Shown here in pieces: positions 32,592 to 41,940 of a stretch of 64,000 bases of DNA. The DNA lies in NCBI RefSeq assembly GCF_041248615.1, contig NZ_CP158426.1; one strand, written 5' to 3'. Numbering within the stretch: the stretch's first letter is position 1; each line of letters opens with the position of its first letter. The stretch is from Escherichia coli (lineage in GTDB: Bacteria; Pseudomonadota; Gammaproteobacteria; Enterobacterales; Enterobacteriaceae). A model generated the notes under the pieces. The model searched no databases and was not told where the DNA came from. It saw nothing but the letters and a program-made list of their open reading frames with translations. The position numbers were made by a program, and so were the translations under genes.

Positions 32592-33722
32592 ATGTTCCAG
32601 TTATCCGTACAGGACATCCATCCGGGCGAAAAGGCCGGAGACAAAGAAGAGGCGATTCGCCAGGTCGCTGCGGCGCTGGTGCAGGCCGGTAATGTAGCTG
32701 AAGGCTACGTCAATGGCATGCTGGCGCGCGAACAGCAAACCTCTACGTTCCTCGGCAATGGTATTGCTATTCCACACGGCACTACCGACACCCGCGATCA
32801 GGTGCTGAAAACCGGCGTTCAGGTATTTCAGTTCCCGGAAGGCGTCATCTGGGGTGACGGCCAGGTAGCGTACGTGGCGATCGGTATTGCTGCCAGCTCG
32901 GATGAACATCTGGGCCTGCTACGCCAGCTGACCCACGTACTGAGCGATGATTCCGTTGCTGAACAACTGAAGTCAGCAACAACAGCAGAAGAACTTCGCG
33001 CATTGCTGATGGGCGAAAAGCAGAGTGAGCAGCTGAAGCTCGACAACGAAATGCTGACGCTGGATATCGTCGCCAGCGATCTGCTGACTCTTCAGGCGCT
33101 GAACGCTGCACGTCTGAAAGAAGCGGGGGCAGTTGACGCCACTTTCGTCACCAAAGCCATCAATGAACAACCGCTGAACCTCGGACAGGGAATCTGGCTG
33201 AGCGATAGCGCCGAAGGCAATCTGCGTAGCGCGATTGCGGTAAGCCGTGCGGCAAATGCTTTTGATGTGGACGGCGAAACGGCAGCCATGCTGGTGAGTG
33301 TGGCGATGAATGACGATCAGCCCATCGCGGTTCTTAAGCGTCTCGCTGATTTGTTGCTCGACAATAAAGCTGACCGCTTGCTGAAAGCGGATGCGGCAAC
33401 GTTGCTGGCACTGCTGACCAGCGATGATGCGCCGACCGATGACGTGTTAAGCGCGGAGTTTGTGGTGCGCAATGAACACGGCCTGCATGCTCGTCCAGGT
33501 ACCATGCTGGTCAATACCATTAAACAATTTAACAGTGATATTACCGTGACAAACCTTGATGGCACCGGCAAACCGGCAAACGGACGTAGTCTGATGAAAG
33601 TTGTGGCACTTGGCGTTAAGAAAGGTCATCGCCTACGCTTTACCGCCCAGGGTGCAGATGCTGAACAGGCGCTGAAAGCAATCGGCGACGCTATCGCTGC
33701 TGGTCTTGGGGAGGGCGCATAA
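32592..33722 (+). CDS. fruB: Fructose PTS diphosphoryl transfer protein FruB
   Basis: 376-aa ORF. Confidence 0.94.
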   Translation: MFQLSVQDIHPGEKAGDKEEAIRQVAAALVQAGNVAEGYVNGMLAREQQTSTFLGNGIAIPHGTTDTRDQVLKTGVQVFQFPEGVIWGDGQVAYVAIGIAASSDEHLGLLRQLTHVLSDDSVAEQLKSATTAEELRALLMGEKQSEQLKLDNEMLTLDIVASDLLTLQALNAARLKEAGAVDATFVTKAINEQPLNLGQGIWLSDSAEGNLRSAIAVSRAANAFDVDGETAAMLVSVAMNDDQPIAVLKRLADLLLDNKADRLLKADAATLLALLTSDDAPTDDVLSAEFVVRNEHGLHARPGTMLVNTIKQFNSDITVTNLDGTGKPANGRSLMKVVALGVKKGHRLRFTAQGADAEQALKAIGDAIAAGLGEGA

Positions 33723-34660
33723 TGAGCAGACGTGTTGCTACTATCACCCTTAATCCGGCTTATGACCTTGTTGGTTTCTGCCCGGAAATTGAACGCGGCG
33801 AAGTGAACCTGGTGAAAACCACCGGTCTGCATGCGGCGGGTAAAGGCATCAACGTGGCCAAAGTGTTAAAAGACCTGGGAATTGATGTCACTGTTGGCGG
33901 CTTCCTCGGTAAAGACAATCAGGATGGTTTTCAGCAACTGTTCAGCGAGCTGGGCATTGCCAACCGTTTCCAGGTTGTACAGGGGCGCACCCGAATTAAC
34001 GTTAAGCTGACGGAAAAAGACGGCGAAGTGACCGACTTCAACTTCTCGGGTTTTGAAGTCACCCCCGCCGACTGGGAACGCTTTGTGACTGATTCTCTGA
34101 GCTGGCTCGGTCAGTTCGATATGGTCTGTGTCAGCGGAAGCTTACCGTCAGGCGTCAGCCCGGAAGCGTTCACCGACTGGATGACTCGCCTGCGTAGTCA
34201 GTGTCCTTGCATTATCTTTGATAGTAGCCGTGAAGCGTTAGTAGCAGGTTTGAAAGCGGCACCGTGGCTGGTGAAACCTAACCGCCGCGAGCTGGAAATC
34301 TGGGCAGGCCGTAAACTGCCTGAAATGAAAGATGTGATTGAAGCTGCACATGCGCTACGTGAACAAGGTATTGCGCATGTTGTTATTTCACTGGGTGCCG
34401 AAGGCGCGCTTTGGGTTAATGCCTCCGGCGAATGGATCGCCAAACCACCGTCAGTCGATGTCGTAAGCACCGTTGGCGCAGGGGATTCTATGGTTGGTGG
34501 CCTGATTTATGGCTTGCTGATGCGTGAATCCAGTGAACACACACTGCGTCTGGCGACAGCTGTTGCAGCCCTGGCGGTAAGTCAAAGCAATGTGGGTATT
34601 ACCGATCGTCCGCAGTTGGCCGCAATGATGGCGCGCGTCGACTTACAACCTTTTAACTGA
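33722..34660 (+). CDS. fruK: 1-phosphofructokinase FruK (pfkB family)
   Basis: 312-aa ORF; start overlaps fruB stop. Confidence 0.94.
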   Translation: MSRRVATITLNPAYDLVGFCPEIERGEVNLVKTTGLHAAGKGINVAKVLKDLGIDVTVGGFLGKDNQDGFQQLFSELGIANRFQVVQGRTRINVKLTEKDGEVTDFNFSGFEVTPADWERFVTDSLSWLGQFDMVCVSGSLPSGVSPEAFTDWMTRLRSQCPCIIFDSSREALVAGLKAAPWLVKPNRRELEIWAGRKLPEMKDVIEAAHALREQGIAHVVISLGAEGALWVNASGEWIAKPPSVDVVSTVGAGDSMVGGLIYGLLMRESSEHTLRLATAVAALAVSQSNVGITDRPQLAAMMARVDLQPFN

Positions 34661-34676
34661 CAGCAGGAGAGGCATA

Positions 34677-36368
34677 ATGAAAACGCTGCTGATTATTGAC
34701 GCTAATCTCGGTCAGGCACGCGCCTATATGGCGAAGACCCTGCTGGGCGCGGCGGCGCGAAAAGCAAAACTGGAAATCATCGACAATCCGAACGACGCTG
34801 AAATGGCGATTGTTCTCGGTGATTCCATCCCGAACGACAGCGCGCTGAACGGTAAAAATGTCTGGCTGGGCGATATTTCCCGGGCAGTTGCGCACCCTGA
34901 GCTGTTCCTGAGTGAAGCCAAAGGCCATGCGAAACCTTACACTGCGCCGGTCGCTGCGGCAGCACCGGTTGCCGCCAGCGGTCCGAAACGCGTAGTTGCG
35001 GTGACTGCTTGCCCGACTGGCGTAGCACACACCTTTATGGCGGCTGAAGCCATTGAAACCGAAGCGAAAAAACGTGGCTGGTGGGTGAAAGTTGAAACCC
35101 GTGGTTCTGTTGGCGCGGGTAATGCAATCACCCCTGAAGAAGTAGACGCAGCGGATCTGGTGATTGTGGCGGCAGATATTGAAGTGGATCTGGCGAAATT
35201 TGCTGGTAAACCGATGTATCGCACCTCTACCGGTCTGGCGCTGAAGAAAACCGCGCAGGAACTGGATAAAGCGGTTGCTGAAGCAACGCCGTATGAACCG
35301 GCGGGCAAAGCTCAAACAGCGACCACTGAAGGTAAGAAAGAGGGTGCAGGCGCTTACCGTCACTTGCTGACGGGCGTCTCTTACATGCTGCCGATGGTCG
35401 TTGCAGGTGGTCTGTGTATCGCGCTTTCTTTTGCTTTTGGTATCGAAGCGTTTAAAGAGCCGGGTACGTTGGCAGCGGCGCTGATGCAGATTGGTGGTGG
35501 TTCAGCCTTTGCGCTGATGGTGCCGGTACTGGCAGGTTATATTGCCTTCTCCATTGCCGATCGTCCGGGTCTCACGCCGGGTCTGATTGGCGGTATGCTG
35601 GCGGTCAGCACTGGTTCTGGCTTCATTGGCGGTATTATTGCGGGCTTCCTGGCTGGTTACATTGCGAAGTTAATCAGTACGCAATTGAAACTGCCACAGA
35701 GTATGGAGGCGCTGAAACCGATTCTGATCATTCCGCTAATTTCCAGTCTGGTGGTCGGTCTGGCGATGATCTACCTGATCGGTAAACCGGTTGCTGGCAT
35801 TCTCGAAGGGTTGACTCACTGGCTGCAGACCATGGGGACTGCGAATGCGGTTCTGCTGGGGGCGATCCTCGGTGGCATGATGTGTACTGACATGGGCGGT
35901 CCGGTAAACAAAGCAGCGTACGCGTTCGGTGTGGGTCTGCTGAGTACTCAAACCTATGGCCCGATGGCGGCGATTATGGCGGCAGGTATGGTGCCACCGC
36001 TGGCAATGGGCCTGGCAACAATGGTGGCGCGTCGCAAATTCGACAAAGCGCAGCAGGAAGGGGGCAAAGCCGCTCTGGTATTGGGACTGTGCTTCATTTC
36101 GGAAGGTGCAATTCCGTTTGCTGCTCGTGATCCGATGCGTGTGCTGCCGTGCTGTATCGTGGGTGGGGCGCTGACTGGCGCAATCTCAATGGCGATTGGT
36201 GCGAAACTGATGGCACCGCACGGTGGTCTGTTTGTTCTGCTGATCCCTGGCGCGATTACGCCGGTATTGGGTTACCTGGTAGCCATTATTGCCGGTACGC
36301 TGGTGGCGGGTTTGGCCTATGCCTTCCTGAAACGTCCGGAAGTGGACGCAGTTGCGAAAGCAGCGTAA
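34677..36368 (+). CDS. fruA: Fructose PTS EIIB'BC component FruA
   Basis: 563-aa ORF. Confidence 0.94.
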   Translation: MKTLLIIDANLGQARAYMAKTLLGAAARKAKLEIIDNPNDAEMAIVLGDSIPNDSALNGKNVWLGDISRAVAHPELFLSEAKGHAKPYTAPVAAAAPVAASGPKRVVAVTACPTGVAHTFMAAEAIETEAKKRGWWVKVETRGSVGAGNAITPEEVDAADLVIVAADIEVDLAKFAGKPMYRTSTGLALKKTAQELDKAVAEATPYEPAGKAQTATTEGKKEGAGAYRHLLTGVSYMLPMVVAGGLCIALSFAFGIEAFKEPGTLAAALMQIGGGSAFALMVPVLAGYIAFSIADRPGLTPGLIGGMLAVSTGSGFIGGIIAGFLAGYIAKLISTQLKLPQSMEALKPILIIPLISSLVVGLAMIYLIGKPVAGILEGLTHWLQTMGTANAVLLGAILGGMMCTDMGGPVNKAAYAFGVGLLSTQTYGPMAAIMAAGMVPPLAMGLATMVARRKFDKAQQEGGKAALVLGLCFISEGAIPFAARDPMRVLPCCIVGGALTGAISMAIGAKLMAPHGGLFVLLIPGAITPVLGYLVAIIAGTLVAGLAYAFLKRPEVDAVAKAA

Positions 36369-36378
36369 TAAAAGGTGT

Positions 36379-36409
36379 GTTGCAGGGCAGAAATTTTCTG
36401 CCCTGCAAC
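36379..36409 (+). terminator. Perfect 14-bp hairpin after fruA (probable terminator)
   Basis: GTTGCAGGGCAGAAATTTTCTGCCCTGCAAC, weak U-tract. Confidence 0.6.
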
Positions 36410-36524
36410 ATTTGATGCGCGCAAAGAGAATGACCGGTTTGTGAATGTAATTTTATGAATTTAAATGGTTTTATCTTTTAGTGGAAACCTGAAACTTTCA
36501 TCAAACACTAAGGTTATTTCCTCA

Positions 36525-36553
36525 AGGGCAGATTAATTTCTGCCCTTTTTTAT
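36525..36553 (+). terminator. Second intrinsic terminator in fruA-psuK spacer
   Basis: AGGGCAGATTAATTTCTGCCCTTTTTTATT. Confidence 0.7.
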
Positions 36554-36791
36554 TGTTCCTGTTCTGTGCATCCCGTCACAAATTCTCCGTTTTTATAATT
36601 CAGGCATTTAATCGCGTTTTGTGAGCCTGCTCAAATCTGCCCATTTTGCCTCTCTGGCGGTAATTTACTTTACGTAAAACATGCATACTATGAGCACATG
36701 TTTAAATATGAACACATGTTTAAACCATCTTTGCAGTATCTATATTCTTGTGGATTGACAGGATTGGTAATTTTTTACCAGAGGACGTGCT

Positions 36792-37733
36792 ATGCGCGAA
36801 AAGGATTATGTCGTAATTATAGGTTCGGCGAATATTGATGTCGCCGGATATTCACATGAATCATTAAATTATGCGGATTCAAATCCAGGTAAAATAAAAT
36901 TTACGCCTGGTGGAGTAGGGCGCAATATTGCACAAAACCTGGCGTTGCTGGGGAATAAAGCCTGGCTACTGAGCGCAGTAGGAAGTGATTTTTATGGTCA
37001 ATCGTTGCTAACGCAAACAAATCAATCTGGTGTTTATGTCGATAAATGCCTGATTGTGCCGGGAGAAAATACGTCGAGCTATTTATCATTACTCGATAAT
37101 ACCGGTGAAATGCTGGTTGCTATAAATGACATGAATATTAGCAACGCTATTACAGCTGAATATCTCGCACAGCACCGTGAATTTATTCAGAGGGCAAAGG
37201 TCATTGTCGCAGACTGTAATATCAGTGAAGAGGCACTGGCATGGATTCTGGATAATGCTGCCAACGTACCCGTATTTGTCGATCCGGTTTCAGCGTGGAA
37301 ATGTGTCAAAGTGCGCGACCGTCTAAATCAGATCCACACTCTCAAGCCAAACCGCCTTGAAGCGGAAACCCTGAGTGGGATTGCGCTGTCAGGGCGTGAA
37401 GATGTGGCAAAAGTTGCTGCCTGGTTCCATCAACATGGCCTGAACCGACTGGTATTGAGCATGGGCGGCGACGGCGTTTATTACAGTGATATCAGCGGTG
37501 AAAGTGGTTGGTCTGCGCCGATCAAAACCAATGTCATTAATGTTACCGGAGCGGGCGATGCCATGATGGCGGGACTTGCTTCGTGTTGGGTAGACGGAAT
37601 GCCGTTTGCCGAATCTGTTCGTTTCGCACAGGGATGTTCGTCAATGGCGCTCTCCTGTGAATACACCAATAACCCCGATTTATCGATTGCCAACGTTATA
37701 TCGTTAGTGGAGAACGCAGAATGTCTGAATTAA
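36792..37733 (+). CDS. psuK: Pseudouridine kinase PsuK (YeiC; pfkB family)
   Basis: 313-aa ORF. Confidence 0.92.
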   Translation: MREKDYVVIIGSANIDVAGYSHESLNYADSNPGKIKFTPGGVGRNIAQNLALLGNKAWLLSAVGSDFYGQSLLTQTNQSGVYVDKCLIVPGENTSSYLSLLDNTGEMLVAINDMNISNAITAEYLAQHREFIQRAKVIVADCNISEEALAWILDNAANVPVFVDPVSAWKCVKVRDRLNQIHTLKPNRLEAETLSGIALSGREDVAKVAAWFHQHGLNRLVLSMGGDGVYYSDISGESGWSAPIKTNVINVTGAGDAMMAGLASCWVDGMPFAESVRFAQGCSSMALSCEYTNNPDLSIANVISLVENAECLN

Positions 37734-38659
37734 AAATTTCCCCTGAATTATTACAAATTTCCCCGGAAGTGCAGGACGCTTTAAAAAACAAAAAACCGAT
37801 CGTGGCGCTGGAATCGACCATTATTTCTCACGGGATGCCGTTCCCACAAAATGCCCAGACCGCAATTGAAGTTGAAGAAACTATTCGTAAACAGGGCGCT
37901 GTACCTGCCACTATCGCCATTATTGGCGGCGTGATGAAAGTGGGTTTAAGCAAAGAAGAAATTGAATTGCTGGGTCGTGAAGGGCATAACGTGACCAAAG
38001 TTAGTCGTCGCGATTTACCTTTTGTTGTTGCCGCAGGGAAAAATGGCGCAACCACCGTTGCTTCAACGATGATTATTGCGGCGATTGCCGGAATTAAAGT
38101 ATTTGCCACTGGGGGAATTGGTGGAGTGCATCGCGGGGCGGAACATACCTTCGATATTTCTGCCGATTTGCAAGAGCTGGCAAATACTAATGTCACCGTT
38201 GTTTGTGCCGGGGCGAAATCTATTCTCGATTTAGGATTAACCACTGAGTATTTAGAAACTTTCGGTGTACCGCTAATTGGCTATCAGACCAAAGCGCTGC
38301 CTGCGTTTTTCTGCCGCACCAGCCCGTTTGACGTCAGCATTCGTCTCGACAGCGCCAGCGAAATTGCCCGTGCAATGGCGGTGAAATGGCAAAGCGGGCT
38401 GAACGGTGGCCTGGTGGTGGCAAATCCGATCCCGGAACAGTTTGCGATGCCGGAGGAATCTATCAATGCAGCCATAGATCAAGCCGTTGCCGAAGCCGAA
38501 GAGCAGGGCGTTATTGGTAAAGAAAGCACACCGTTCCTGCTGGCTCGTGTTGCTGAACTGACTGGCGGTGACAGCCTGAAATCCAACATCCAACTGGTGT
38601 TCAACAACGCCATTCTGGCGAGCGAAATTGCCAAAGAATACCAGCGTCTCGCGGGTTAA
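37721..38659 (+). CDS. psuG: Pseudouridine-5'-phosphate glycosidase PsuG (YeiN)
   Basis: 312-aa ORF; 13-nt overlap with psuK. Confidence 0.92.
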   Translation: MSELKISPELLQISPEVQDALKNKKPIVALESTIISHGMPFPQNAQTAIEVEETIRKQGAVPATIAIIGGVMKVGLSKEEIELLGREGHNVTKVSRRDLPFVVAAGKNGATTVASTMIIAAIAGIKVFATGGIGGVHRGAEHTFDISADLQELANTNVTVVCAGAKSILDLGLTTEYLETFGVPLIGYQTKALPAFFCRTSPFDVSIRLDSASEIARAMAVKWQSGLNGGLVVANPIPEQFAMPEESINAAIDQAVAEAEEQGVIGKESTPFLLARVAELTGGDSLKSNIQLVFNNAILASEIAKEYQRLAG

Positions 38660-38752
38660 TTTCTGACGGGCAGAAAGCCGTCGCCCGTACTGATCATACA
38701 TACCAAAACCTGGCGCTGACGCCGGGTTTACTGGCATGAAGGGAAAATCATT

Positions 38753-40003
38753 ATGGATATAATGAGAAGTGTTGTGGGGATGGTGGTGTTACTGGCAATA
38801 GCATTTCTGTTGTCAGTGAATAAAAAGAGCATCAGTTTGCGCACGGTTGGAGCCGCGCTGCTGCTACAAATCGCCATTGGCGGCATCATGCTCTATTTTC
38901 CACCAGGAAAATGGGCGGTAGAGCAGGCGGCATTAGGCGTTCATAAAGTGATGTCTTACAGTGATGCCGGTAGCGCCTTTATTTTTGGTTCATTGGTCGG
39001 GCCGAAAATGGATGTCCTGTTTGATGGCGCGGGCTTTATCTTCGCCTTTCGCGTACTCCCGGCGATTATCTTCGTCACTGCGCTCATCAGCCTGCTGTAC
39101 TACATTGGCGTGATGGGGCTGCTAATCCGCATTCTTGGCAGTATTTTTCAGAAAGCCCTCAACATCAGCAAAATCGAATCTTTTGTTGCGGTTACCACTA
39201 TTTTCCTCGGGCAAAATGAGATCCCGGCGATCGTAAAACCGTTTATCGATCGCATGAATCGCAACGAGCTATTTACGGCAATTTGTAGCGGGATGGCGTC
39301 CATTGCCGGTTCGATGATGATTGGTTATGCCGGAATGGGCGTACCAATTGACTACCTGTTAGCGGCATCGCTGATGGCGATCCCTGGTGGTATTTTGTTT
39401 GCACGTATTCTTAGCCCGGCCACCGAGCCTTCGCAGGTCACATTTGAAAATCTGTCGTTCAGCGAAACGCCGCCAAAAAGCTTTATCGAAGCGGCGGCGA
39501 GCGGTGCGATGACCGGGCTCAAAATCGCCGCTGGTGTAGCGACGGTGGTAATGGCGTTTGTCGCAATTATTGCGCTGATCAACGGCATTATCGGCGGAAT
39601 TGGCGGCTGGTTTGGTTTCGCCAATGCCTCTCTGGAAAGTATTTTTGGCTATGTGCTGGCACCGCTGGCGTGGATCATGGGTGTGGACTGGAGTGATGCC
39701 AACCTGGCGGGTAGCCTGATTGGGCAGAAACTGGCGATTAACGAATTCGTCGCTTACCTGAGTTTCTCCCCATACCTGCAAACGGGCGGCACGCTGGAAG
39801 CGAAAACCATTGCGATTATCTCCTTTGCGCTTTGTGGTTTTGCTAACTTTGGTTCTATCGGTGTTGTCGTTGGGGCATTTTCGGCTATTTCGCCAAAACG
39901 TGCTCCGGAAATCGCTCAGCTTGGTTTAAGGGCGCTGGCAGCAGCAACGCTTTCCAACCTGATGAGCGCGACCATTGCCGGGTTCTTTATTGGTTTAGCT
40001 TGA
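38753..40003 (+). CDS. psuT: NupC-family nucleoside transporter PsuT (YeiM)
   Basis: 416-aa polytopic ORF. Confidence 0.92.
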   Translation: MDIMRSVVGMVVLLAIAFLLSVNKKSISLRTVGAALLLQIAIGGIMLYFPPGKWAVEQAALGVHKVMSYSDAGSAFIFGSLVGPKMDVLFDGAGFIFAFRVLPAIIFVTALISLLYYIGVMGLLIRILGSIFQKALNISKIESFVAVTTIFLGQNEIPAIVKPFIDRMNRNELFTAICSGMASIAGSMMIGYAGMGVPIDYLLAASLMAIPGGILFARILSPATEPSQVTFENLSFSETPPKSFIEAAASGAMTGLKIAAGVATVVMAFVAIIALINGIIGGIGGWFGFANASLESIFGYVLAPLAWIMGVDWSDANLAGSLIGQKLAINEFVAYLSFSPYLQTGGTLEAKTIAIISFALCGFANFGSIGVVVGAFSAISPKRAPEIAQLGLRALAAATLSNLMSATIAGFFIGLA

Positions 40004-40010
40004 GTGTCAT

Positions 40011-40050
40011 TGCCGGATGTACGCGCTTATTAAGCGTCACATCCGGCAAT
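40011..40050. repeat. REP element
   Basis: TGCCGGATGTACGCGCTTATTAAGCGTCACATCCGGCAAT. Confidence 0.8.
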
Positions 40051-40071
40051 CGCGCTATTGCAGATTATTTT

Positions 40072-40731
40072 TTACTGCATCATCCCGGAGAATTTATTCT
40101 CCGGGTCCATCTCCAGCGCCAGTCCTGACAACTGCTTTCTGTTTTTAATTAGATATCCTTTCTTGCTTTTAATTAATAAACCGTCGTGAATGAATTGCGC
40201 GAGAACATATAAAAGATGTCGATAAGAAACGCCTAAATACTCTGCCGCTTGCGTATGCTTTTCGTGATAAAGATCACCTTCTTGTGAGAGTAATATAAAA
40301 GCTGCCAGGCGATTCACTAACGGAAATGATTGATTCTGAGTTAAAGAAACAATATTGCGATAATTTTTATGGCTTAAACTAACGCAGAGTTTTCGTAAAA
40401 ATAGTGTGTCGTTTAATAACAGCGGGCGGTAATGTTTCATAGGGAGCGCAAGACACCAACACTCTTCAATAGCCTGTACCGCACGCGGTTCATGGTCTTT
40501 ATCTATTAACTCAATCTCACCAATAAAACAGGGGGCGGCAAAGAAATCGATCAGCGACACGCGACCATTAGCTAGCGTGGCGTAAAGCCTGGCGCGGCCT
40601 CGCGTCAGGTAAAACAGCCAGGACGGCTGTTGCCCTTCCTGCACAATGTAGTCACGCGCTAAAAAATGAAACAACCGCGTATCGGCTGAAACATCCGTTG
40701 AAAAGCAATCCTTAAACGCGGATTCACTCAT
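40072..40731 (-). CDS. yeiL: CRP/FNR-family transcriptional regulator YeiL
   Basis: 219 aa from ATG at 40731 ([10 protein letters not shown]...); ORF extends 13 codons upstream. Confidence 0.88.
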   Translation of the reverse strand: MSESAFKDCFSTDVSADTRLFHFLARDYIVQEGQQPSWLFYLTRGRARLYATLANGRVSLIDFFAAPCFIGEIELIDKDHEPRAVQAIEECWCLALPMKHYRPLLLNDTLFLRKLCVSLSHKNYRNIVSLTQNQSFPLVNRLAAFILLSQEGDLYHEKHTQAAEYLGVSYRHLLYVLAQFIHDGLLIKSKKGYLIKNRKQLSGLALEMDPENKFSGMMQ

Positions 40732-40899
40732 CAATTGCTGCTTAAGATCATTATTGTGGATTTCTTTCACGATGTTTATCCGCTATGAGATTTCTCATAT
40801 TTAGCATACGTACGCTGTTGTTAAGATTCAATCATCGGCCCGGTCGAATTTTCTTTGCTGTAGAAAAAATAACGCAACTGGAAACAGAGGAAATAAACA

Positions 40900-41841
40900 A
40901 TGGAAAAGAGAAAAATTATTCTGGATTGTGATCCGGGTCATGATGATGCTATTGCCATAATGATGGCTGCGAAACATCCGGCGATTGATTTATTAGGTAT
41001 CACTATTGTGGCGGGTAATCAGACGCTTGATAAAACATTAATTAATGGCCTGAATGTTTGCCAGAAACTGGAGATTAATGTTCCGGTTTATGCGGGGATG
41101 CCGCAGCCAATTATGCGTAAACAAATCGTTGCCGATAATATTCACGGAGAAACCGGACTGGATGGCTCGGTATTCGAGCCACTGACCTGTAAAGCTGAAA
41201 GCACCCATGCGGTGAAATACATCATCGATACTCTGATGGCAAGCGATGGCGATATCACTCTGGTACCGGTTGGTCCGCTTTCAAACATCGCGGTGGCAAT
41301 GCGGATGCAGCCTGCAATTCTGCCGAAAATCCGTGAAATAGTGCTGATGGGCGGCGCTTACGGTACAGGTAACTTCACGCCGTCTGCCGAGTTCAACATC
41401 TTTGCCGACCCGGAAGCCGCACGCGTGGTGTTCACCTCCGGTGTTCCGTTGGTGATGATGGGCCTCGATCTCACCAACCAGACTGTTTGCACCCCGGACG
41501 TGATTGCTCGGATGGAAAGGGCAGGCGGCCCCGCCGGAGAGCTGTTCAGCGACATCATGAATTTCACTCTAAAAACGCAGTTCGAAAACTACGGCCTGGC
41601 TGGCGGCCCGGTGCATGACGCCACCTGCATCGGTTATCTGATTAACCCTGATGGCATTAAAACCCAGGAGATGTACGTCGAAGTGGACGTCAACAGTGGC
41701 CCTTGCTATGGGCGTACTGTCTGCGACGAGCTGGGCGTTCTTGGCAAGCCCGCTAATACCAAAGTCGGCATCACTATTGATACCGACTGGTTCTGGGGAT
41801 TAGTCGAAGAGTGCGTGCGCGGCTACATCAAAACCCATTAA
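40900..41841 (+). CDS. rihB: Pyrimidine-specific ribonucleoside hydrolase RihB
   Basis: 313 aa; N-terminal DCDPGHDD motif. Confidence 0.93.
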   Translation: MEKRKIILDCDPGHDDAIAIMMAAKHPAIDLLGITIVAGNQTLDKTLINGLNVCQKLEINVPVYAGMPQPIMRKQIVADNIHGETGLDGSVFEPLTCKAESTHAVKYIIDTLMASDGDITLVPVGPLSNIAVAMRMQPAILPKIREIVLMGGAYGTGNFTPSAEFNIFADPEAARVVFTSGVPLVMMGLDLTNQTVCTPDVIARMERAGGPAGELFSDIMNFTLKTQFENYGLAGGPVHDATCIGYLINPDGIKTQEMYVEVDVNSGPCYGRTVCDELGVLGKPANTKVGITIDTDWFWGLVEECVRGYIKTH

Positions 41842-41940
41842 GTGTTGATAACAAGCCGGGTCAGTATCGCAAGATGCAGGCCCGGCTATTTCTGATGGGC
41901 AGAAAGCCGTCGCCCAAAATGGCATGAAGAGATAATAACT

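Noticed and set aside
34653-35363. 236-aa minus-strand ORF antisense to fruA
   Set aside because: Fully overlapped by fruA on the other strand; Arg/Cys-rich translation with no recognisable domain.
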